Positions 9,029-16,686 of a stretch of DNA of 39,804 bases are shown piece by piece. Position 1 is the first letter of the stretch. Every line of letters begins with the position of its first letter. The stretch spans positions 1 to 39,804 of the forward strand of contig JAGHHB010000026.1 of assembly GCA_017887885.1 (NCBI GenBank), read 5' to 3'. Source of the DNA: Bacilli bacterium (GTDB lineage: Bacteria > Bacillota_I > Bacilli_A > RF39 > UBA660). The translations under genes and the position numbers were made by a program. The notes under the pieces are model-generated. The model ran no database searches. It had not been told where the DNA came from and saw nothing but the letters and a program-made list of their open reading frames with translations.

Positions 9029-10423
9029 TTAATTGTTGACACTATGCCTTATTACAGGTGTATCATTAGTAATAGCTTTAAAAGTATAACCATTTTCTTT
9101 TCCGTACCTAATAATGTCTTTTAGTGCATTAACCGTAGCTATATGCCCCATAGAATCATGCATTAAAACAACATTTGTTTTATTATGTGATAAGTTATTT
9201 ACAACATTATAGTATATATTTATACTATTATTAATATCACTTCCGGCATCGTTAGCATCGACATTCCAATCAAAGTATGTATAGCCCCTATTTACAACCT
9301 CTTCGGTTAAAAAAGTCATAATTTTATCAGCATAATTTCGACTAACTGTATTGGAACTACCACCAGGAAACCGAATAATTCTAGGATAGATACCAATAAC
9401 ATCATGAACTTTATTACTAATTTTATTTAAGTCATCAAAGTAATTTTTACTATTAGCATAAATATAACTATAATCATGTGTATAACTATGTAGACCAATT
9501 GTGTGTCCTTCTTCATAAGCTCTTTTAGTATAAATATCGGCGTTAGTAACAAAAAAAGTTGCTTTAATCTTTTCTTCATTTAAAATATCTAGTACTTTAC
9601 TAGTCAGGTAACTAGGACCGTCGTCAAAAGTTAAATATATAATACCATTTCCATAAGAAATAGTTTTTTTCTTGATGATAATATTTCTTATTGTAGTTGC
9701 TTTATTTCCACTACTATCAGAAACCTCGTAGTTTATTTTATAAGTGCCAATTCTATTTGTATCAACGTTTCCTGTTATTATAACTTTATTCGTAATATCT
9801 CCGTCACAGTTATCTATTGCTCTATACCCCGGTTCAACGTATTTACTACCTAAATAAAGAGTTATGTTATTAGTACCATTCAAAGTGAGAATAGGTTTTT
9901 CTTCATCTACAAATTTTATTTCTCTTTTAACGATTGTTTCATTCCCTGAAGAATCTTTTACACTGTAAAAAATATTGTTATCTATTTTGGTAGTAGATAC
10001 TTTGTCCGTAATATTTTTATCATAATTATCGATAGCCGTATATCCCTCTTCCTTATAAATACCATTAGGACAGACTAAAGAAGGATTGTTACCTTCTAGA
10101 GTAATAACTGGCTTTTCTTTATCGATAACTTCCACTACAATACTTCTGTTAATACGAAAGAACAAATATTTTATTTGACATTTTATTTCGTATATCCCCA
10201 CTTTCTTGGTATCAACATTTTCTGTTATTATAGCATTATCAGTTAAGTCCTCAAAAAGATTATAAATTTCTATATCAGGATTAAATTCATCACCCAAGTT
10301 TATCTTTCTTTGATTAATTATAATATTAGGGGATAAAATGGAATATATAAGTAAAAAAGTTGTAATTATTATCAATAATATTAATAAGAATTTTAGTTTC
10401 TTCATTGTATCACTTCTCAACAA
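9029..10423 (-). CDS. Membrane-anchored polysaccharide deacetylase with DUF5011/Ig-like repeats
   Basis: YLTFDDGP, HSYTHDY, RFPGGS, LMHD; repeated D.EKP.ITL.G....GY.AIDN.D..IT.KV units. Confidence 0.93.
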   Translation of the reverse strand: MLRSDTMKKLKFLLILLIIITTFLLIYSILSPNIIINQRKINLGDEFNPDIEIYNLFEDLTDNAIITENVDTKKVGIYEIKCQIKYLFFRINRSIVVEVIDKEKPVITLEGNNPSLVCPNGIYKEEGYTAIDNYDKNITDKVSTTKIDNNIFYSVKDSSGNETIVKREIKFVDEEKPILTLNGTNNITLYLGSKYVEPGYRAIDNCDGDITNKVIITGNVDTNRIGTYKINYEVSDSSGNKATTIRNIIIKKKTISYGNGIIYLTFDDGPSYLTSKVLDILNEEKIKATFFVTNADIYTKRAYEEGHTIGLHSYTHDYSYIYANSKNYFDDLNKISNKVHDVIGIYPRIIRFPGGSSNTVSRNYADKIMTFLTEEVVNRGYTYFDWNVDANDAGSDINNSINIYYNVVNNLSHNKTNVVLMHDSMGHIATVNALKDIIRYGKENGYTFKAITNDTPVIRHSVNN

Positions 10424-10453
10424 ATAAATTATAGCATGTCAAAAGAAAAAATA

Positions 10454-11164
10454 CTATTCTAAGACAGTATTTTTGTCGGGATTGACATCTTTTTTGTATA
10501 CCAAAACTTTATAGTTATTATCGACTGTTGCAAGTAAAATATTATCATAATTATTATAGCCTTGTACTTTTAGTTCATGGTCTAGCCAACGCTTACTTTT
10601 GTTTATAGCTTTCATGTTATTCTCCATATATTTACTATCAATAATTACATTAGCAGTAAGGCCACTATCTGGGGATTTAAGTTTCATATCTTTTTTTGTA
10701 ACCGGCTTATTTTTCTCCTTTGGTAGGAAACTAATATTGCCATTGATCTCCATGATTGCATAATCGATTTCATCCAAATCAAAATATCCTGCAATTCTCG
10801 CTTCGGCAAGAAGTTCGTTAATGTCAATTTTAGTTTTCTTTAAGCCCGATTCAATAATTTTTGACTTTTCCACAAGAACTGTTGGTACACCGGTAAAAAA
10901 TCTTCGAGCTTTAATGCTTTTCATTGTTATATATGATATTAAATAAGCTATAAATCCATATAAAGATAAGGATAATAATCCCGCTAATAGATCTTTTTCA
11001 AGATCAAGAGAAATATCAGCGGCTATCGAACCAATTGTTATTCCAACAATATAGTCAAATAAATTAAGCTGTGAAATTTGTTTTTTTCCAACCATTTTGG
11101 CAATAAAAAATAATACAATTAATACAATAATAGTACGTAAGATAATATTTAGTAAATTACTCAT
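10454..11164 (-). CDS. DUF421/YetF-family spore membrane protein
   Basis: GKKQISQLNLFDYIVGITIGSIAA, AIMEINGNISFLPK. Confidence 0.93.
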   Translation of the reverse strand: MSNLLNIILRTIIVLIVLFFIAKMVGKKQISQLNLFDYIVGITIGSIAADISLDLEKDLLAGLLSLSLYGFIAYLISYITMKSIKARRFFTGVPTVLVEKSKIIESGLKKTKIDINELLAEARIAGYFDLDEIDYAIMEINGNISFLPKEKNKPVTKKDMKLKSPDSGLTANVIIDSKYMENNMKAINKSKRWLDHELKVQGYNNYDNILLATVDNNYKVLVYKKDVNPDKNTVLE

Positions 11165-11165
11165 A

Positions 11166-11210
11166 AAAACACCTCATCATTATTATGAGGTGTTTTCAAG
11201 GTTTATATAC
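11166..11210 (-). promoter_or_regulatory. SigmaG/F promoter embedded in an RBS-sequestering terminator-like hairpin
   Basis: GTATA(11206-11210)-18-CATAATA(11181-11187); 12-bp stem AAAACACCTCAT/ATGAGGTGTTTT whose 3' arm is the RBS. Confidence 0.7.
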
Positions 11211-11571
11211 CTTGTATATTATTTATAATCATTGTTATGCCTAATAATATCAATATTTCAACATATCTTATTTTAAATATTTGTCTTACCTTCATTAAAG
11301 TATAATTTTTATTTTTAAATATATCAATCACTAATGAGATAATAGTTAAGATTGTCACAATAAAGATAGGAATACCTAAAATATTATATTTGATAGCCTC
11401 TATAAACTTTAAATGTAAAATTGCTTCAAAGCTTCTTGTAAGACCACATCCTGGACAACTTACTTTCCATAACGTCTTAAAGATGCATTTAAAATTTAAA
11501 ATATTATTTACAATAAGATAGATGAAAGTTATACCACCTATAAGTATTGTTATATTGATAAATCTTTTCAT
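11203..11571 (-). CDS. DUF2752 membrane protein
   Basis: C.FK......CPGCGLTRS...LH....AI.YN. Confidence 0.9.
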   Translation of the reverse strand: MKRFINITILIGGITFIYLIVNNILNFKCIFKTLWKVSCPGCGLTRSFEAILHLKFIEAIKYNILGIPIFIVTILTIISLVIDIFKNKNYTLMKVRQIFKIRYVEILILLGITMIINNIQGI

Positions 11572-11909
11572 TAGTCTTTTAGTTCATTACCATTAGCATC
11601 TCGATTATTACTTCCAGAAAGGATCATAATACCTTCTATTAGTCCCCATATACCAGATATAGGGCTTAAGAACCCACAAGACAAAACGGTAATAAGTAAT
11701 TGTGCAACAGCTTTTCCTGTAAATCCTAAATAAAAATTATGTACACCAAAGGCCCCTAAAAATATTCCAAAAAGACCAGCGGCCATTTTTGATTTAGCAT
11801 TTGAATCAATATTATTACTGTTCTCCTTTTTAACTTTTACTCCACATTTTAAACAAATATCTTGATGTTCATTAAGTTCACTTCCGCAATTTTGACAAAA
11901 TTTAGCCAT
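11571..11909 (-). CDS. Zinc-ribbon + TM2 domain protein
   Basis: FCQNCG...CLKCG; KSKMAAGLFGIFLGAFGVHNFYLG; RBS GAGGAGG points to the ATG at 11909 rather than 11960. Confidence 0.9.
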   Translation of the reverse strand: MAKFCQNCGSELNEHQDICLKCGVKVKKENSNNIDSNAKSKMAAGLFGIFLGAFGVHNFYLGFTGKAVAQLLITVLSCGFLSPISGIWGLIEGIMILSGSNNRDANGNELKD

Positions 11910-11949
11910 ATTTTCCTCCTCTTTTAATATCATTTTAACATAATTTTTT

Positions 11950-14367
11950 CTATTTGTCATCTCCTAATTGAAGCTTAAGCATATCAACTTTATAATCTTT
12001 TGGCACTTCCTTAAGAGATAAATTTTGAATAAATAGTGTTGCTTTAAAATCTTTTATTGCACAATTAATAGCGGCTTTTAATTCTTTATTTAAGCTTAAT
12101 TCCAAATCTTTTATTGGCGTTTTAAGAGACACACTATTTGAAGTTTTCACACCTCTTATTTGACTAATTATATCAATGATCATATTTCCGTTTTTAACTT
12201 CATCATAAAACTCAAATTTAAAAGGTTTAATCTCGGTTAAATGAATTGATACAGAATCATGATATAATTCGTGGTATATTTCTTCCGTAATAAAAGGAAA
12301 GAAAATACTAAAATTTTGTAATAATTTATATAAGATCATATAAATCGTTTTTTGTCCCGAATATCTAGGTTTTTCTCCAAATTCTTCCGGTCTATATAAT
12401 CTATGTTTTACTATTTCAATATAATTATCACAAAAATTCCAAAAGAACTTTTCTAAACTATTAAGAGCAAGACCTACTTCATACTCGTCCAAATATTTAA
12501 TAAATCTTTTTTCCATTTCTTGAAAACTTCCTAAAATCCATTTATCGATATATTCAAAATCATTAAAATCTTCGTTATTATAATCTTGTAAGTGCATCTC
12601 AATAAATTTAGAGACATTCCAAATTTTATTGATTAATTTTTGACCACGAAGTAAAGTCTCCTCACTAAATGTTATGTCAGTTCCTAGTCTTCCAGAACCG
12701 GCCCAGTAACGAGTTACATCAGCAGAATAGTTATTTATTAAATTGATCGGTTCAGCTTTACTATTTTCTTTGCTCTTACTTATTTTTTCTCCTTTTCCAG
12801 CCATAACGAAACCAGATATCATCACGTTATCCCATGGTCGCATACCAAAATGGTAAAAACTTTTAACTATTGTGTAAAAATCCCATGTTCTTATAATATC
12901 AGAAGCATTTGTTCGTAAGCTCATAGGCTTTAAATAAGCTTCAAGATTATCTTCATCACCATATCGCATATTAATTAAAGGGGTTGTAGAAGAAGTAGCC
13001 CAAGTATCCATAACATCAGTTTCCGGATTAAATTCATTATGGCCACATTTAGGGCAAATATCTATATGGGGTTTATCAACTAGAGGATTAACTGGTAAAT
13101 CTTCTTTCTTTGCAAAAATTACTTCCCCACATTCTTTACAGTACCAGACAGGAAATGGGACACCAAAGTATCGCTGTCTTGATATACACCAATCCCATGC
13201 GACATTATTAACCCATTCATCGTATCTAGTATGCATATGTTCAGGATACCATTTAATTTCATTTCCTATTTTAATGAAATCTTCTTTATGACTCATAATA
13301 TCAATAAACCACTGATTCATAACTGAATACTCTACTTCTTTTCCACATCTTTCGTGTGTTTGTACTTCGTGCTCTAACTCTTCAATTTTCACAATATAAT
13401 TACCAGCCTGGAAATCCTCTATAATTTTTTTTCGGGCCTCTTTAATTTTCATTCCTCCATAGTTGGGTACTGAACTAGCAATTTTTCCATCTTTGGTAAA
13501 AATATATTTTAATGGTAGATGGTATTTTTTCCACCATTCAATATCTGTTTGATCTCCAAAAGTACAACACATAACAATACCTGTCCCTTTATCGATAGCC
13601 ACTTTTTCATCGGCCATAATTGGCACTTCGACATCTATTACTGGTATATGAGCGGTCTTTCCAATTAGATGTTTGTGCTTTTCATCATTAGGATTTACAA
13701 ATATACAGACAATTGCAGGAATTAATTCTGGACGAGTAGTGGCAATTGTAAAAATCTCCCCATCAGTTGTTTGGTAATTAATATAATTAAATGTTGTCTT
13801 AATTTTTTTTGTTTCAAGTTCAGCTTGAGCAATAGAAGTTAAACATTCATTGCACCATAAGGCTGGAGCTTCTTTATGATAGCAGTATTTTTTATCAACT
13901 AAATCCAAAAAGGATAATTGACTTATTTTTATTGTTGACGGACTCACAGTTTTATAATGAATATTCCAATCCGTGCTTACCCCTAGTTTACTAAATAACT
14001 CTTTAAATTCCTCTTCATATTTATCCGTAGTATTATAGCATAACTTTGAAAATGCTTCTCTTCCAATCTCGTGTGCTTTTTTTCCCTGTTCTTTTTCTAC
14101 TAATCTTTCACTAGGAAGACCATTATCATCAAATCCAAACGGATAAAAAATATTATATCCTCGTAACCTCTTGTATCTAGCAACCATTTCCGCTTGTGAA
14201 TATGAAAAAATATGTCCAATATGAATTTTTCCATTTACAGTGGGAGGCGGTGTATCTATAGAATAAATTTTGCGTTTATCAAGTTTAAATTCATATATAT
14301 TGTTATCTTTCCAGTAATTTAACCATTTTTCTTCTTTTTCTTGTGCATTATATTTTTTATCTAGCAT
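11950..14367 (-). CDS. valS: Valine-tRNA ligase, short archaeal/type-2-like form
   Basis: IDTPPPTVNGKIHIGH, GFDDNGLPSE, GTGIVMCCTFGD, WDWCISRQRYFGVPFP, DVMDTWATSS, KISKS; no C-terminal coiled-coil arm; start set at MLDKK. Confidence 0.95.
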   Translation of the reverse strand: MLDKKYNAQEKEEKWLNYWKDNNIYEFKLDKRKIYSIDTPPPTVNGKIHIGHIFSYSQAEMVARYKRLRGYNIFYPFGFDDNGLPSERLVEKEQGKKAHEIGREAFSKLCYNTTDKYEEEFKELFSKLGVSTDWNIHYKTVSPSTIKISQLSFLDLVDKKYCYHKEAPALWCNECLTSIAQAELETKKIKTTFNYINYQTTDGEIFTIATTRPELIPAIVCIFVNPNDEKHKHLIGKTAHIPVIDVEVPIMADEKVAIDKGTGIVMCCTFGDQTDIEWWKKYHLPLKYIFTKDGKIASSVPNYGGMKIKEARKKIIEDFQAGNYIVKIEELEHEVQTHERCGKEVEYSVMNQWFIDIMSHKEDFIKIGNEIKWYPEHMHTRYDEWVNNVAWDWCISRQRYFGVPFPVWYCKECGEVIFAKKEDLPVNPLVDKPHIDICPKCGHNEFNPETDVMDTWATSSTTPLINMRYGDEDNLEAYLKPMSLRTNASDIIRTWDFYTIVKSFYHFGMRPWDNVMISGFVMAGKGEKISKSKENSKAEPINLINNYSADVTRYWAGSGRLGTDITFSEETLLRGQKLINKIWNVSKFIEMHLQDYNNEDFNDFEYIDKWILGSFQEMEKRFIKYLDEYEVGLALNSLEKFFWNFCDNYIEIVKHRLYRPEEFGEKPRYSGQKTIYMILYKLLQNFSIFFPFITEEIYHELYHDSVSIHLTEIKPFKFEFYDEVKNGNMIIDIISQIRGVKTSNSVSLKTPIKDLELSLNKELKAAINCAIKDFKATLFIQNLSLKEVPKDYKVDMLKLQLGDDK

Positions 14368-15118
14368 TATTAACACCAATCCTTTTATCTATATAATTTT
14401 TTAATACTAAAACAATTTGTTCAAAAAAATGCTGTATTTCTTTATCATCAAAAGTAAGAGAATCAATGATTTTATCTATATAATCATTTTTTCTTAATAA
14501 ATAATAGGAATATTTATAATTAAAAGCATACATTTTTGACAGAACAATAAGAACGCTATCAGAACTGTTATCGCTCATACGAGAACTTATGGTTTTAAAA
14601 TTTTTAAAATCGTTATAAACTAAGCTACTTGGATAAGATTTAATTCTTGTATCTATATATGGATAATTGACAAAGAATCTAAAATAATCTAGATTATGTG
14701 CATCCTTTAAAATAGCACAAATATGTTTAGCTTTTTCGTCAATATCACTAGGGAAACCATCTTTATCGTAGGCAAAAAGAGCCATTCTGATTATATTGTC
14801 GTAAGACTTATCTTTACTTATTTCTCTTAATAATCCTTTATTAAATAAAACTTCTATAGTTTTATCGTAACTATCTTCATTGTCTTCACCAATATGAAAA
14901 TCTGGGGTTTTAGAGAAACTACCAATCTCGTGAAATAATCCAATAAGTTCGCAAACAGCTATTTCTTCTTCAGTAAAAATATTAAGTGCGTTGGCTAGTT
15001 CTTTCACAATTTCCATGACTTTCAGAGAATGAAAATATTTAGCTCTAATATTAATGTTATTCATGTCGTATTTTCTTACGTATTGTTCAAATATTTTCAT
15101 TATTCTACTACTCTTCAT
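14357..15118 (-). CDS. HD-domain-like protein with degenerate metal-binding motifs
   Basis: KYFHSLKV...IGLFHEIG...LKDAHNLD; RBS GGAAGGAG before the ATG at 15118. Confidence 0.7.
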   Translation of the reverse strand: MKSSRIMKIFEQYVRKYDMNNINIRAKYFHSLKVMEIVKELANALNIFTEEEIAVCELIGLFHEIGSFSKTPDFHIGEDNEDSYDKTIEVLFNKGLLREISKDKSYDNIIRMALFAYDKDGFPSDIDEKAKHICAILKDAHNLDYFRFFVNYPYIDTRIKSYPSSLVYNDFKNFKTISSRMSDNSSDSVLIVLSKMYAFNYKYSYYLLRKNDYIDKIIDSLTFDDKEIQHFFEQIVLVLKNYIDKRIGVNNAR

Positions 15119-15282
15119 AAAAAGACTCCTTCCCCGTTCATAATTAATATAAGTATATAATAAATTATCATCTTTTTCAAGGTAATTATCCAAAATATTA
15201 CTGTTAGTTATTCAAAATTTTAGATAGTTTATCGTAAAAAAATTCATATTTAATATAAAATAAATATGAACATATAAATTTT

Positions 15283-15882
15283 TTATAATATATCTTGCCA
15301 ATCTTTTATTTCTTCACGTAATAATGGTATTGATTCAATAATTTTTTTGTAACCTTCCTTATAATCATCCATAGCAATTTTAATTATTTTGATGTTGTCT
15401 AATTTAATATTATCCGCTAATGCTAAATAAGCATTTTGTTGATCGATACTACTTTTTAAACTGAAAGTATGATAATTATGGTGTTTTCGATTTAGGTTAT
15501 ACTTAAAATTTTTTTCATCTTTAAAATATAAAATTACTAAATAAATATTAAAATTAAGGATATTTAGTTTTTGTAGTAATCTTTCATATATATCATCAAA
15601 TTTGTAATCTTTATATCCTAGCATACAATAGACTTGTTCAGAAAAAAATATTCTATCAAAAACTAAATTTATTCCCGTTTCTTCAAGCGTTTCAAGATAG
15701 TTAATTAGTGTAAGATACATATTTTTATTTATATTTTTTCCTGTGACACTTTTATCCTTTATCCCAGATAGGCGGTATAAATTTACCATTGAAATATTGT
15801 CACGTAAAAAATTAGCTAATGTACTTTTTCCTACCCCCTGAGGGCCTTCAATAATAATAATATTACTTTTATCGTTTAACAT
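15283..15882 (-). CDS. P-loop deoxynucleoside/nucleotide monophosphate kinase-like protein
   Basis: IIIEGPQGVGKST Walker A; FDRIFFSEQVY; RBS GAGGAGG; own extended -10 TGTTATAAT at 15908-15916. Confidence 0.8.
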   Translation of the reverse strand: MLNDKSNIIIIEGPQGVGKSTLANFLRDNISMVNLYRLSGIKDKSVTGKNINKNMYLTLINYLETLEETGINLVFDRIFFSEQVYCMLGYKDYKFDDIYERLLQKLNILNFNIYLVILYFKDEKNFKYNLNRKHHNYHTFSLKSSIDQQNAYLALADNIKLDNIKIIKIAMDDYKEGYKKIIESIPLLREEIKDWQDIL

Positions 15883-15926
15883 AATTTTTACCTCCTCTAT
15901 TAATATGATTATAACATATTCTAAAT

Positions 15927-16085
15927 AAAAAAGATCACTCTAAAAGAGTGATCAAATTAGAGATGCGTATATAAATACGCCGAACGATTGTTCTTTCTCT
16001 TTAAAATATATTGTTCAAGCATAATTTTAGCTTGACAATGACTTGACAATGATGGTATATAAAATACTATATTAATCATTGTCAT
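15927..16085 (-). ncRNA. Candidate structured ncRNA (~160 nt): two hairpins, a three-way junction and an intrinsic terminator
   Basis: Stems 16044-53/16075-84 and 16010-20/16030-39, three-way junction 15959-16000, terminator 15933-53 + U6; TATAAT at 16090-95. Confidence 0.55.
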
Positions 16086-16125
16086 TAGTATTATATGTCA
16101 TATTTTCAAAAATATACTTATAATT

Positions 16126-16686
16126 TTATTTATTTTTTTCTTTTTTTATGATCTCAATAATATCATTGATTGCTTTATCAACAGAACTGTTGATAACAAC
16201 ATAATCATATTTTTCTTTATATTTAATTTCTTCTTTAGCAATGGCTAATCTTTTAATAATATCTTCTTCACTGTCAGTGTTTCTTTTTTTTAGTCTCCTT
16301 TCCAATTCTTCAAAGCTAGGGGGCATTATAAATACAAGCACAGCTTGTGGAAAAATTTTTTCAATTTCCATGCCACCTTGTATATCTAAAACCGCAATAA
16401 CATTAGTTCCGTTATTTAAATTATGAAACACAAAATCTTTTAAAGTACCATAATAATTATTATTATATTTAGCATATTCTAAAAATTTATCCTCTAAAAT
16501 ATAACTTTTAAACACTTCTTCAGTTACAAAGAAATAATCGCTTCCTTCGTTTTCACCTTCTCGCCTCTTCCTAGTCGTCATCGATACAGAGTATATTCCA
16601 TATCCCTGTTCAACTATTTTTGAGGCAATAGTATTCTTTCCTACGCCACTAGGACCCGATATTACCACTAAAATACCTTTTTTCAC
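16126..16686 (-). CDS. gmk: Guanylate kinase
   Basis: SGPSGVGK, SVSMTTR..REGE.EG.DYFFV, YYGT, PPSFEELERRL. Confidence 0.97.
   Translation of the reverse strand: MKKGILVVISGPSGVGKNTIASKIVEQGYGIYSVSMTTRKRREGENEGSDYFFVTEEVFKSYILEDKFLEYAKYNNNYYGTLKDFVFHNLNNGTNVIAVLDIQGGMEIEKIFPQAVLVFIMPPSFEELERRLKKRNTDSEEDIIKRLAIAKEEIKYKEKYDYVVINSSVDKAINDIIEIIKKEKNK

Noticed and set aside
16031-16052. CtsR box or plus-strand sigmaA promoters (two TTGACA)
   Set aside because: Repeat period is 11 rather than the 10 of CtsR heptads, no good -10 at 17 bp, and no plus-strand gene downstream.
15957-16085. 42-codon minus-strand ORF (MTMINIVFYIPSLSSHCQAK...) spanning the structured RNA candidate
   Set aside because: No Shine-Dalgarno, the start is buried in a 10-bp stem and there is no recognisable family. 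Leaderless translation cannot be fully excluded, but it is not called as a CDS.
15927-16085. T-box for valS or a known purine/nucleotide riboswitch
   Set aside because: No T-box TGGNACCGCG-type sequence and no purine aptamer core; two genes and another promoter separate it from valS.
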